A stretch of 64,000 nt of DNA from an uncultured Bacillota bacterium (GCA_949287245.1 CASEFL010000002.1:80975-144974); one strand, 5' to 3'; positions 1 through 10,201 are shown, numbered from the stretch's first letter. A program made the numbers and translations. The notes: a model not told the origin generated them from the letters alone.

Positions 1-1
1 A

Positions 2-2131
2 GTGTACGTTTCTTGGGTTACAAATCCTGGTTATGCGGTTACCGAAGCTTCTTTAGATGAGACTCCTTTAGAGATTAATGGGTCCGGTGTATATGTTACG
101 ATGCCAGGACATGATGCCACCTTGACCATTGAAACAGAAGGGACTGTGATTGAGGCCTATACAGTAGATGCAGTAGAAGGAGATGGCATTGATGTCGTCT
201 TTGGCAATACTCTTAATGAGACTGGAGATGAAGTGATTGAACTAACAGGAGTGAACTGGGGTGTTACCACTTTTGATCCTGGTACTCATTTCTACTTCCA
301 AGTAAGCATTCTTCCAATGTACGCCAATATGTATGAAATTGATGAAGTTACCTTAAATGGGGAACTGGTTCAAATCAATGAACATGGTATTGGAGAATTT
401 ACTTTAGGAAAGGAAAATGTTGTTCTTGAAGCAACCTCAAAATTAATTCAATACACCCTTTCTTTTGATGATGAAGATACAGGCGCTACTGCTATTTTCA
501 CTAACGAAGATGGAGAAACAATTACCACAGCTGCTCGGAACGATAAAGTTACAGCAACATTCACTCATCCAGTAGAGGGAGCAACTTTAAAAGAAGTTCT
601 TGTTAATGGAGGCGCTCCAGGAACTTATCCTTCGCCAACTCTTGAAGGCAATGTTTATAAATTCACTATGCCTGGAGAAAATGTTACTTTAACGGCAACA
701 TGGATTACTCCTGATAGCGAATTGAATCTTTCTTACACAGTAACTCCAGCGGAATTAACTCCTAACGTTGTATTTACTATTGGAGAAGAATACGACTCCT
801 TTAATCCTGGGAATGAAGTAGAAACAGCAAAAGTAGACGAAATCGTTTATGTCTATATTCAAAATATTGATGGTTACATCATTGAATCGGTTACTTTAAA
901 TGGAACGTCTTTAACTCTTGTTGACGATGCTTGGAATTCGCATGAAGACTATTGCTTCACAATGCCAAATGAGGATGTTGTGATTGATATTGTTTATGCT
1001 GCCGAGGAACCAGAAGTTACTTTTGACATTACTTTTGATAAAACTGGGGCTCCCGCTTCAGCGTATTTTGATCTTTATAATTCTTCCTATCAGTTAATTC
1101 CTGCAGCGGATGTCTACCAAGGAAAACCTGGCGAAACTTATTATGTGGATATTTGGGCAGCAGGAAATTTCCCTACAGCAATTTATGCGAATAGTGAGGC
1201 ACTAGAGTTAGCACCCGATGGCATAAAGTATGAATTTGTTATGCCAAATGAGAATGTTATCATCACAGTCGATTGGCCTGAGGCGGGGTATACCCTTTCT
1301 TATGAAGCAGGAGAAGGCGCTCCTAGTGATTTACGGGTTCAATTCCAAGTAAACTGGATGCTTACAACAAACGCGCAGGCGGGCGATGAAGTTTCTGCTC
1401 GTATTTCAACTTATGAAACTACAACAACTCTTGCAAAAGTTTTCCTTAACGGCGAGGAAATTGAATTTGCCTTTGATGGCTGGCAATATACCGCAACCTT
1501 CATTATGCCTAATAAAAACGTTGTTCTTACCTTTGAATGGGTGGAGGCTGAAACATACGCGTTAGGTTACACCACAACACCAGCGGATTTACAAAACACT
1601 GTTTATGTAGATTTCTACGATGATCCTTATTCTTATAATCCAATTTTTGAGGCCGCAACAGGAACGTATATTTATACTCGAATTAGTAACTATGATGGGT
1701 ATGAAATTGAATCTGTCACTTATGGAGATCAAACTTTAACTCCTGTGACGTTTGCCGGGATAACCTATTATCCATTTACTGTCGGAACGGAAGATGTTGA
1801 TATTCATATGCATTTTGTCGCGGACACCACAAAACTTAGCATCACCTATGATGCAGGAGATAATGCGCCAGAAGGTATAGAAATTATGATTTTTGATAAT
1901 TTAGATACAATGGCTAGCATTGAAGAAGCGGAGGAAGGGGATATTGTTTATGTGTATGTTTATACCCCAAATGAAGAAGATGCGCCGCTTAAGGTTTATG
2001 CAAATGGCGTTGAGTGCATTGCAGATGGATATTCTATGTATCACTTCACCATGCCTGGGGAAGATGTTGTGTTAACTTTTGATTGGCCTGAGACTTCTGT
2101 AACAGTGACCCCAACGTGGTTTATTTACTAA
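2..2131 (+). CDS. Large acidic surface protein (5'-truncated by window edge) with tandem ~85-100 aa beta-repeats, InlB B-repeat/Flg_new-like
   Basis: Eight recurring motifs of the form (L/V)NG...F(T/V/I)MPxE(N/D)Vx(L/I)xxx(W/Y), e.g. FTMPGENVTLTATW, FTMPNEDVVIDIVY, FVMPNENVIITVDW, FTMPGEDVVLTFDW. The ORF is open at the window start. Confidence 0.75.
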   Translation: MYVSWVTNPGYAVTEASLDETPLEINGSGVYVTMPGHDATLTIETEGTVIEAYTVDAVEGDGIDVVFGNTLNETGDEVIELTGVNWGVTTFDPGTHFYFQVSILPMYANMYEIDEVTLNGELVQINEHGIGEFTLGKENVVLEATSKLIQYTLSFDDEDTGATAIFTNEDGETITTAARNDKVTATFTHPVEGATLKEVLVNGGAPGTYPSPTLEGNVYKFTMPGENVTLTATWITPDSELNLSYTVTPAELTPNVVFTIGEEYDSFNPGNEVETAKVDEIVYVYIQNIDGYIIESVTLNGTSLTLVDDAWNSHEDYCFTMPNEDVVIDIVYAAEEPEVTFDITFDKTGAPASAYFDLYNSSYQLIPAADVYQGKPGETYYVDIWAAGNFPTAIYANSEALELAPDGIKYEFVMPNENVIITVDWPEAGYTLSYEAGEGAPSDLRVQFQVNWMLTTNAQAGDEVSARISTYETTTTLAKVFLNGEEIEFAFDGWQYTATFIMPNKNVVLTFEWVEAETYALGYTTTPADLQNTVYVDFYDDPYSYNPIFEAATGTYIYTRISNYDGYEIESVTYGDQTLTPVTFAGITYYPFTVGTEDVDIHMHFVADTTKLSITYDAGDNAPEGIEIMIFDNLDTMASIEEAEEGDIVYVYVYTPNEEDAPLKVYANGVECIADGYSMYHFTMPGEDVVLTFDWPETSVTVTPTWFIY

Positions 2132-2152
2132 TATATAACTTAAGGAGCTTTC

Positions 2153-3625
2153 ATGAAAAAATATAAGTATTTAGTCTTGTTTGCTATAGCCAGTGTTGCT
2201 GCTCCATTAACGTCCTGTGTGGGGGGAGGAGAATCCTCCTCCCTTTCTTCTTCCTCAGGGAATGTGGAGCAAATCCTAATTAACAATGCGATTGCCTCGT
2301 TAAGGAAAGGCTTTCGTGTTACAGCGGATTTAACGATTCATCGTTCCTATTTTCAGGATGCAGCTTATCAAATTCCCGATACAAATTTAGAAAATGAAAC
2401 AATAATGTATCGAGTAAAATTCATTTATGAAAATGCAGACGATTATATGGGGGTAGATCGTCGTTATTATCAAGTAGATGAAGAAGGAAAGGAAAGTTAT
2501 ATTCAAGGTGAGAACTCTTATAACGCCAATGGATATGCAGGGTTAGTTTACCTAGATTATGACAATACCATTGTTCGCGATTTAGCTATTGATAGTAACT
2601 ATGAGTTTATCCCCTATGGTTCTAATGGTATGCTGAATCCTTTTACTCTTATTTCTCGCAGTGATTTTCATCAAATTCATGAAGGTTTTGAATTAAATCA
2701 CAGCAAAACCAACCTCTTTTTCTCGAATTTGTTTTCACAAATCGAGGATTATCAGTCAAATATTGTCTTCTCTACGAGAGTTTTTACGTTAGACAATAAA
2801 GATATTACTGGCGCTCATTTTGTGTCGAAAAATATGGATGATGGGTACGCATCAACGGTTAGTATTCCTAGCAATCCTTATTACCAAACATATATTCGTA
2901 ATCAATATGAAGTAGAGATGTCCTTTACGGATATTGCGGTAGCTTCTGCTCGCGATGTCATTCAAGTAGAACCAGAGAAAGAAGAAAATATTCCGTTGAA
3001 AAATGCTCTAGAAAACATGGTAGGGAAAAATATTGCTTTAACAAGAGAATTGCATCCTTACATTAATGGAAGTTATGTTGGAGAAGATTCTTATAATGCA
3101 ACCTATTACATGGGGGAAACTGAAGGAATTTATAGCCAAGTTTATTCTTTAGCTGAGGGAGAAAGTGTTCCTACTGCTCCTAGTGCATCAGACTTTATTC
3201 TTCGTCCTTTAGTAAATGGAGGGAAATTACGAGTTTATCAAGTAAATGCCACAACTGGAGAGTTCTTGTTAAATTCTTCTAATTACACAAGCATTGATAA
3301 TATTTACACTTATAACGATTTAGCCTATGACATTTCCTTTTTAAATCCAAATATTTTCAATCTTAATGAGGATGGGTCTTATAGCCCAACCATTGATAAT
3401 GTGCCTTGGATTACTCGTGATGTCTTTATGTCCGCTTTAGATAGTTTTAGTGCGGTAGATAGCGGTTATGTGAATGACGTTAAAGTTTATGTTGATGAAG
3501 AAGTAAACTGTCTAGATCGCGTTGTGGCAACGTATGAAGATTTTGTTGGCTATAGTGGGACGATGACTCTTCATTTTGACAAGTTAGGAGAGGGAACTCC
3601 TGATTTTGAAATTGTGATTGCTTAG
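2153..3625 (+). CDS. Uncharacterised lipoprotein with two internal repeats
   Basis: SD aaggag; signal peptide with lipobox LTSC followed by a Ser-rich linker; paralogous to the next gene. Confidence 0.8.
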   Translation: MKKYKYLVLFAIASVAAPLTSCVGGGESSSLSSSSGNVEQILINNAIASLRKGFRVTADLTIHRSYFQDAAYQIPDTNLENETIMYRVKFIYENADDYMGVDRRYYQVDEEGKESYIQGENSYNANGYAGLVYLDYDNTIVRDLAIDSNYEFIPYGSNGMLNPFTLISRSDFHQIHEGFELNHSKTNLFFSNLFSQIEDYQSNIVFSTRVFTLDNKDITGAHFVSKNMDDGYASTVSIPSNPYYQTYIRNQYEVEMSFTDIAVASARDVIQVEPEKEENIPLKNALENMVGKNIALTRELHPYINGSYVGEDSYNATYYMGETEGIYSQVYSLAEGESVPTAPSASDFILRPLVNGGKLRVYQVNATTGEFLLNSSNYTSIDNIYTYNDLAYDISFLNPNIFNLNEDGSYSPTIDNVPWITRDVFMSALDSFSAVDSGYVNDVKVYVDEEVNCLDRVVATYEDFVGYSGTMTLHFDKLGEGTPDFEIVIA

Positions 3626-3634
3626 GAGATAACT

Positions 3635-5137
3635 ATGAAGATAAAAAACGTAATTTGGTGTTTCTGTCTTCCTTTGCTTGCCTTAACAGGATGTAACGGG
3701 GAAGAAAATTCAAGTAGTTCTACAAGCGAACTTCCTCCTTCTTTTGACAGTGAACGTGAACCCTTTACGGACCCTATTTTGGAAGAAAATATGGAGAATT
3801 TCTTAAAAGGGTTCCGAATGAGTGGAAATATCATTCAAAAACGTTATGAAGGAAGTTATTCATCAAGCGGAGAACCTCTTCTTGATGCGGAACCTTATGC
3901 AACAAATACTTACTATACGGATGTAGCGTTTAATTCTTATCGTGAGAATGCTTTTTATAAATTCTCTTGGAGGGAACTAGAAGGAACACAAGTTGATGTG
4001 GAAGGTCCTTTTACCTTCTTTGAAGATGAAGAAGGCATTACTTACCAAGAAGAGATTAATTACAAGAATGAAGTTGTGCGGAATTATTCCACGGTTGGCG
4101 GAGATAATTTAACCTTTGGCGACAATGGTTTTTATAATTTTTTCTCTATTTTTCAAGAAGAAGATTTTGTAAAAAATGAAAACGTCACGGTTTATACTCG
4201 TTATGACTTGTCGATTGATAAAGCGGCAATTATCGCCAATAACCTCCTTTATTCGGTAAACTCTGGTGGCTTTGCTGTCCCTACTTCTGCTTATATTCGT
4301 GTTGATAATGGAGTGTTCACTTCTTTAAGCATGGAATTAAGCCCGATTGCTTCCGTTGATAACATTACCGGGGCAACTTCTTTCATTAAGAATTCTGTTC
4401 TTTTCTCTTTTTCTCATATCGGAGAAGAGACAATTCTTCATGCTTCTCCTTATGAAGAAAAAGAAGAAAACAAGGATTTAGAAGAGGCTTTAAATACTCT
4501 TGGGTCGTCTTCTTTTACAATGGACATTGTAAATTCTTATCAATATAGTGATTTAGCTTCTGGTAATAGCGAAACAAGAAATGAAGTGACAACTTTCGCT
4601 TTTACCGGGAAAGAAATTTATGTTCATGAAAGTGGTGAAGCTTTATCCGACTTTGATAAGAACAAAGATTATTATCTTGCTCCCTATAGTGAGGTCGATC
4701 AATCTTTGTATCCTTATGCCTATGAGGAAGAAAGTGATTCTTGGACATTAAGAAATGAAGGCTTCCTGTTAGAAGATGGAACGATTCAGTACGCTCAAGG
4801 ATATTGTGGAATTTACACATATCAAGATTTATATCCAATTTTTGCGGAGATTTCTGGTGTATTTTTTGAGAAGAATGAAAATAATGTATACGAAAGTTTA
4901 GACGATATTACTGCCTTAACTTCTTGTTTCTTAATTAATCACTCTCCTTATAGGATCAAAGGTTCCGAAGGAATTTCTTCTATACAAATTTCTTTAAATA
5001 ATGATGGTTCCATTGCAGAAATTCGTCTTCCTTATAGTTATTTGGATAACATTATTGGGGATATGAGAGTAGGTACTATCACTCTAACCTTTTCCTTAAT
5101 TGGGAATACGACTTTAGAAGGAATCATTGGAGCATGA
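3635..5137 (+). CDS. Uncharacterised lipoprotein with two internal repeats (paralog of upstream gene)
   Basis: SD aggag; lipobox LTGC plus SSSSTS; shares KGFR, NPF/NFF and EKEEN motifs with 2153..3625. Confidence 0.8.
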   Translation: MKIKNVIWCFCLPLLALTGCNGEENSSSSTSELPPSFDSEREPFTDPILEENMENFLKGFRMSGNIIQKRYEGSYSSSGEPLLDAEPYATNTYYTDVAFNSYRENAFYKFSWRELEGTQVDVEGPFTFFEDEEGITYQEEINYKNEVVRNYSTVGGDNLTFGDNGFYNFFSIFQEEDFVKNENVTVYTRYDLSIDKAAIIANNLLYSVNSGGFAVPTSAYIRVDNGVFTSLSMELSPIASVDNITGATSFIKNSVLFSFSHIGEETILHASPYEEKEENKDLEEALNTLGSSSFTMDIVNSYQYSDLASGNSETRNEVTTFAFTGKEIYVHESGEALSDFDKNKDYYLAPYSEVDQSLYPYAYEEESDSWTLRNEGFLLEDGTIQYAQGYCGIYTYQDLYPIFAEISGVFFEKNENNVYESLDDITALTSCFLINHSPYRIKGSEGISSIQISLNNDGSIAEIRLPYSYLDNIIGDMRVGTITLTFSLIGNTTLEGIIGA

Positions 5138-6861
5138 AACATTCATCACTCTTGCTTCTTTTCTCATCTTTCTTTCTTGTTTCTTGTGGAGAAGCGGGAG
5201 TTTCTTCTTCGTATGAAGAAGATTTCTCCCTTTCTCTTTCTTTCATAGGGGAAGGAACGCTTTCTTTATATCAAGATGGGAATACCATCACCGAAGAAAA
5301 TTTTTCTGAACTTGTGGAGGTAGGAGATTCTTTAACTTTGATTGCTACCCCTGCTTCGCGATATGAACTTACTTCTCTTACTTTTAATGAAGTTCCTCTT
5401 GCTGGTAAAAACAATCAATTCCTTTTTACGGCGGTAGAAGGAATCAATGCTATTGAGGCGACATTTTCTTTAGTGGCAGAGGATGTAGACGAGTTTACTT
5501 ATGAAGTTTTAGAAGATGGGACGATTGAAATCACTTCCTATTTAGAACCTGCTCATGTTCCTAACCCTGTTTTTATTCCTGATTCGATAAAGGACAAAGA
5601 AGGGGAAGAACATATGGTTTCCTCTTTAGGGCCAAATGTATTTCAAAATTCTTCCGTTAAGGGAGTAAGAATTGGTAAAAATGTTTCTTCCATTGATGAA
5701 AATACCTTTAACGGGGCCATGTCTTTAGAAACAATTGAAGTTAGTGAAGAAAATCCTTATTTTGAGTCCGATAATGGCATTTTATATTCTCTTGCAGGAG
5801 AACTGATTCGTATGCCGATTTCCTCTAGTCTTAAAAACTATTCTGTTCAAGAAGGGACGATAAGAATTAATAATCGCGCTTTTGAAGATTGTTCTAGGTT
5901 AGAAACCATCACGCTTCCTGAAGGATTGCTTTCTATCGGCAATGCAAGTTTTTATGATGCGCGTTCATTAAAGTCTCCCATCTTTCCTTCGACACTAAAA
6001 AGTATAGGAGAAGAAGCCTTCCGTAATGCAGATTCTTTAACTTCTCTTACTTTAAATGAAGGATTAGAAACTTTAGGAACAAGGGTTTTTTATGCTTCTG
6101 GTGTAGAAGAAGTTCATCTTCCTTCAACGTTAACTACCTTACCTCAATGGGCTTTCTATACTTGTGATTCCTTGCACACAGTTGTTTTTGAAGAAGGATT
6201 AAAAACAATTGGAAAAGAAGCTTTTTTCCGTAGTGATATTAAGACGCTAGAAACTCCTTTAAGTCTAGAAACGATTGAAGATAATGCTTTCTCCCGTTGT
6301 ATGTCGTTAACAAGCGTTATTCTTAATGAGGGTCTTCTTTCGCTTGGAGGAAGTGCTTTTTCCGCGAGCGCTTCCATTCCTTCGATTACGATTCCTAAGA
6401 GTGTGAAGCATATAGGGATGAATCCTTTTTCTGGTTTAGTCAAACTTGGCTATCAAGAAGGCTCCTTAAAAGTGGAAGAGGGAAACCCTTATTTTGAAGT
6501 TGTTGATAACGTTTTATATTCTTTAGGAGACAATCCAACCTTAATCAGTTATTCCTATGGAAAAGTAGACACAACTTATCACATTAAAGAAGGAACAAAA
6601 ACACTTGGTCGTGATGCCTTTTTATATGTAGGAAATGTTTTAGAAATTCATATTCCAAGAAGCGTTACTTCCATTCATGAAGCGTTTTGTTCAATGTATA
6701 CTGAATTAACTACTCCTGAAACATTAACCCTTATCTATGAGGGGACAAAAGCCGAATGGTTAGAAATTGATCTTCATGGTGAACTTGGTGAGTGGCATAG
6801 TGGGACGAATTTAACAAATGGTCAAGTTCAATGCATGGATGGCCCTCTATCTGTAGAGTAA
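5134..6861 (+). CDS. BspA-type leucine-rich repeat (LRR_5) lipoprotein
   Basis: Lipobox LVSC; repeated LxxIGxxAFxxCxxLxxIxLPxxL units; overlaps the upstream stop (ATGA). Confidence 0.9.
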   Translation: MKHSSLLLLFSSFFLVSCGEAGVSSSYEEDFSLSLSFIGEGTLSLYQDGNTITEENFSELVEVGDSLTLIATPASRYELTSLTFNEVPLAGKNNQFLFTAVEGINAIEATFSLVAEDVDEFTYEVLEDGTIEITSYLEPAHVPNPVFIPDSIKDKEGEEHMVSSLGPNVFQNSSVKGVRIGKNVSSIDENTFNGAMSLETIEVSEENPYFESDNGILYSLAGELIRMPISSSLKNYSVQEGTIRINNRAFEDCSRLETITLPEGLLSIGNASFYDARSLKSPIFPSTLKSIGEEAFRNADSLTSLTLNEGLETLGTRVFYASGVEEVHLPSTLTTLPQWAFYTCDSLHTVVFEEGLKTIGKEAFFRSDIKTLETPLSLETIEDNAFSRCMSLTSVILNEGLLSLGGSAFSASASIPSITIPKSVKHIGMNPFSGLVKLGYQEGSLKVEEGNPYFEVVDNVLYSLGDNPTLISYSYGKVDTTYHIKEGTKTLGRDAFLYVGNVLEIHIPRSVTSIHEAFCSMYTELTTPETLTLIYEGTKAEWLEIDLHGELGEWHSGTNLTNGQVQCMDGPLSVE

Positions 6862-6976
6862 AATTGACCCTTCTAGAATTTTTCTAATACTTTTGTGTTT
6901 TGCATTGCATCGAACCGATAATAATTTTAAGCCCCTTCCTCTTGTATTATTTTTGTATCAGCCTACAATCATTCAT

Positions 6977-8467
6977 ATGAAGAAAGCAATATATTGTTTG
7001 ATTGTAGGCATTTTCTGCACCTCTATATTGGGTTCTCAACAATTAAAAAGTAATTGTGACAGTTTTGATTCAAGCCCTTTAATTTTAAAGGCTGCTGAGA
7101 AGAAAACCAATTATCAAGAAAAATGTTTGTTAAGCCATAAACTCAAGGATACTAGACGTATCTATGATTCTAATAGTGGCGATCCATTTGAGACACATAA
7201 TCCAGTGTATGGTGTTGATTATTTAGCAGAATTCCAAGATGAAAATGGTAATATTATTGAATACTCTCCAAACAATGGCGTTTCCTTAGCTTCATACAAC
7301 GATTCTTATGAAACTAATAACGATTCTTTAGAAGGGGCTTTTCAAATACCGGCAATTTTGGCTTATGGATACCCAACAACAAGTTATACTGGTTTCGGAA
7401 TATATGCCACAATAACAAGGAAAACTGATTTTTTGTGGATACAACATACAGATAGAGATTTTTATAGTTTTTGTTTGCTTGGTAGTGGACGTATTACTGT
7501 TGATTTAACCTCAGTACCAAGTGGATGCGATTATGATTTGAATCTTTATACTATTGCTAACGATTCCAATGGTTCTTTAAAAAATGCTGAATTTGTCTCT
7601 TCTTCATGTAAAACTGGTTCATTGGATGAACATATTGCTTTTTCGTCGGCAGATGCTAGAACCGTTGTTATTGAGGTTTTCTCAAAAAATGATGCTACTT
7701 GGAATGATCAAGAGCCATATTCGCTTGATATTGAATACCATTCGACTCGCCTGCAAAGCGATTACTATTCAATACCCGAGAATAGGCCTTATGCTGATAT
7801 AGGAATTATGTGGGTTCAAGACTGGAAACCAGAAGGAATTGCTCCCTGTATGGCAACCGAGTCTGAAACTATGAGTGCTAATTTAACTGCTAATAACCCT
7901 CTAGTGCAGCAAATTTTAAATAAAGGTAAAAAAGATTTGCTTTATGCAAAATTTTTGTTTTGGAACAATGAATTTTGCAACGCTTTGTTTGATTTTTGCG
8001 AAACCATAATTCCGGCTATTCATGAATATAAAAATAATGCTTATTCAAATGATGCGACAATAGATATTATTTTTAACAGCACTGGCATTGTATTTAGTCT
8101 TTTAGGACAGATACTTTCTATATTTTCGGTTGCATCTGATGTGCTTTCTGTTCTTCAGTTAATTATTCCTTCATCAATTAATTATGAGTTAGCTGATGCT
8201 TATGAAGATTATTTTATTGGCCTAGCTGGTGCTTTAGAATCAAAAAAACAAGGAGGAGACCAAATTCTTCAAATTGATTTTCGGTATTGGTTTGAGAACA
8301 ATAAGGTTTATTGGATTCCGCAATATAATTATGAGAATATCAGTCAGTATGTGTATACCGAAAACACTTTACCTTACACTTTTGATGATGCATATTTTTG
8401 GGGGACTATATACCTTATTAATTCTTATGATGATATAGAAACCAATCTTTTAAGGAGGATGTTGTAA
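6977..8467 (+). CDS. Secreted protein with a PPC-like beta-sandwich module
   Basis: Likely start MKKAIYCLIVG (signal peptide); ETNNDS...DRDFYSF...DYDLNLY...DEHI pattern typical of pre-peptidase C-terminal-like domains. Confidence 0.65.
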   Translation: MKKAIYCLIVGIFCTSILGSQQLKSNCDSFDSSPLILKAAEKKTNYQEKCLLSHKLKDTRRIYDSNSGDPFETHNPVYGVDYLAEFQDENGNIIEYSPNNGVSLASYNDSYETNNDSLEGAFQIPAILAYGYPTTSYTGFGIYATITRKTDFLWIQHTDRDFYSFCLLGSGRITVDLTSVPSGCDYDLNLYTIANDSNGSLKNAEFVSSSCKTGSLDEHIAFSSADARTVVIEVFSKNDATWNDQEPYSLDIEYHSTRLQSDYYSIPENRPYADIGIMWVQDWKPEGIAPCMATESETMSANLTANNPLVQQILNKGKKDLLYAKFLFWNNEFCNALFDFCETIIPAIHEYKNNAYSNDATIDIIFNSTGIVFSLLGQILSIFSVASDVLSVLQLIIPSSINYELADAYEDYFIGLAGALESKKQGGDQILQIDFRYWFENNKVYWIPQYNYENISQYVYTENTLPYTFDDAYFWGTIYLINSYDDIETNLLRRML

Positions 8468-9768
8468 TGCATAGTAAGAAACTTATTCGTCTAGGTTTTG
8501 CATTGTTTTTAAGTTTTAACTCCCTTTTTCTTGTCTCTTGTGAAGATACGGATTCTTTAAAAGATATTTCTGGTTTAGGGGATTGCTTTGAAGAAGAGAA
8601 TGGAGATGGGGATTATTCTTTAACTTATACTTTTGAGGATAAAAACATTGAGGAACAAGTTTTCCCTACGCAAGATATTAAGAGTAATGACTCTTTTTCT
8701 GACGCAACTTTATTAAATCATTTACCTATTAATGGATTTTCTTCTTTTTCCTTATCTCTTAAGGCAAGTTTGCATCAAAAGAAGTTTGAAGATCAAACGA
8801 GTTCAAACGATGTTGATTATTATTTATTAAATATTCCCTTTTCAGGAGAACTGTCTGTTTCTATTGAAAATATCAACGATGAGGACTGTTTTTTAAATTT
8901 AGATATTTTTTATTTATCTCCCAAGAACGAATTTTTTAATCCTGTTTGTTTTTCTTCTTTAGATAATATTGATGGCAGTAAGACACTTTCTATTAATGCG
9001 TTAGGTTCCTATTATTTTGTTGTTTCTACTTCTGGTGATTTATCTAAAGAAGTGAATTACACTTTGAAAGTAGAAGGAAGCAAAAAGGAGAAAGGTTTCC
9101 ATATTATCCAAGAAAAAGAAAATGGCGCGATTGGCGCCTTATGGATAAACGACGCGATTCCTTCTTTAAGCATTCCTTATATAACCGCTTTTTCACAAGG
9201 AGAAGTGTCTTATAACAAGGAGAATCCCTATTTAAAAGAATTAGAAAGAATTGATGGAACAGGTGAAATTCCTCTTGTTATTCTTTCTATCTTTGATCAT
9301 AAGTTATGTTCTTTCGTTGCGGATTTATCCGAATTCGTTTTAGACTACGATACGGTATATTGGAATCAAAACAAAATCATCGGCGAAAAGGAAGAGAAAA
9401 CAGGAGTTTTTGAGTTTTCCTCCTATCCTTGGTTCTCTTCTGAATTTATGGAATCTTTTGTTTCTTTATTCTTAGATCACAAGAAGAATACTTTTGTCTC
9501 TTCTGCACGTGAGTTTTTTATTTCCATGCTTTCTACAACAAGTGCAGGAAGGGAAGATTCTTTTGTAGAAAATCATTATTTCTCTATCCCTCTTCTTGGT
9601 GTTTTTGAAAACGGAACGTTAAAGTGGGAAGTTCGTTATCCTAATAGTTCTTATTTACTTGTGTATAAGACCGTTTTTCAAGGAAACTCTATTTCTGATC
9701 TTCCTCCTTACGCGATTAATGAAGGAAGTTATATTTCTCTTACGGCAAACGCCTCTTTTCTTGCTTAA
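8467..9768 (+). CDS. Lipoprotein paralog of upstream PPC-like protein
   Basis: Lipobox LVSC; SNDSFSDA/DVDYY/GALWIND align with NNDSLEGA/DRDFY/GIMWVQD of 6977..8467; coupled TAATG junction. Confidence 0.7.
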   Translation: MHSKKLIRLGFALFLSFNSLFLVSCEDTDSLKDISGLGDCFEEENGDGDYSLTYTFEDKNIEEQVFPTQDIKSNDSFSDATLLNHLPINGFSSFSLSLKASLHQKKFEDQTSSNDVDYYLLNIPFSGELSVSIENINDEDCFLNLDIFYLSPKNEFFNPVCFSSLDNIDGSKTLSINALGSYYFVVSTSGDLSKEVNYTLKVEGSKKEKGFHIIQEKENGAIGALWINDAIPSLSIPYITAFSQGEVSYNKENPYLKELERIDGTGEIPLVILSIFDHKLCSFVADLSEFVLDYDTVYWNQNKIIGEKEEKTGVFEFSSYPWFSSEFMESFVSLFLDHKKNTFVSSAREFFISMLSTTSAGREDSFVENHYFSIPLLGVFENGTLKWEVRYPNSSYLLVYKTVFQGNSISDLPPYAINEGSYISLTANASFLA

Positions 9769-9892
9769 AAGGTATTACGTTATTTAAATAATCACTTAGA
9801 ACTTCGTTATTTAACGCGATTTTTTAGTTTTTCTATCGAAAAGAAAGGTTTTATTTGTGTTTCTTTATTAACAATAGTAGGATTACGAGCGC

Positions 9893-9920
9893 TCTCTTTA
9901 CAGTAATGCTGTAAGGCGGA
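9893..9920 (+). promoter_or_regulatory. Hairpin in rpmE leader, candidate L31 autoregulatory leader
   Basis: ctttacag-taatg-ctgtaagg stem (9896-9916) immediately 5' of the SD (aaggag) of rpmE. Confidence 0.45.
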
Positions 9921-9932
9921 AGGAGTTTAAAA

Positions 9933-10151
9933 ATGAAAAAAGGAATTCATCCAGAATATCACAAGTGCAAAGTCACCTGTGTCACATGCGGTTCTACCTT
10001 TGAAACCGGCTCTGTCCTCAGCGAGATCAAAGTGGATACTTGCTCAAATTGCCATCCCTTCTATACCGGGAAGCAACGCGCTGTTCAAGCAGACGGAGTT
10101 ATTGACAAGTTCAACAGACGGCTTGCTAAAGCGAATAAAGGAAATAACTAG
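9933..10151 (+). CDS. rpmE: 50S ribosomal protein L31 (zinc-binding type)
   Basis: MKKGIHPEY...CVTCG...CSNCHPFYTGKQ...KFNRR, canonical L31. Confidence 0.98.
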   Translation: MKKGIHPEYHKCKVTCVTCGSTFETGSVLSEIKVDTCSNCHPFYTGKQRAVQADGVIDKFNRRLAKANKGNN

Positions 10152-10160
10152 TAGACGCAT

Positions 10161-10189
10161 AAGGCTTGCCAAGAAAGGGAAGCCTTTTT
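10161..10189 (+). terminator. Rho-independent terminator after rpmE
   Basis: aaggctt.cc...gg.aagcctt followed by a T-run. Confidence 0.65.
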
Positions 10190-10201
10190 CTTTAAAACGA
10201 T

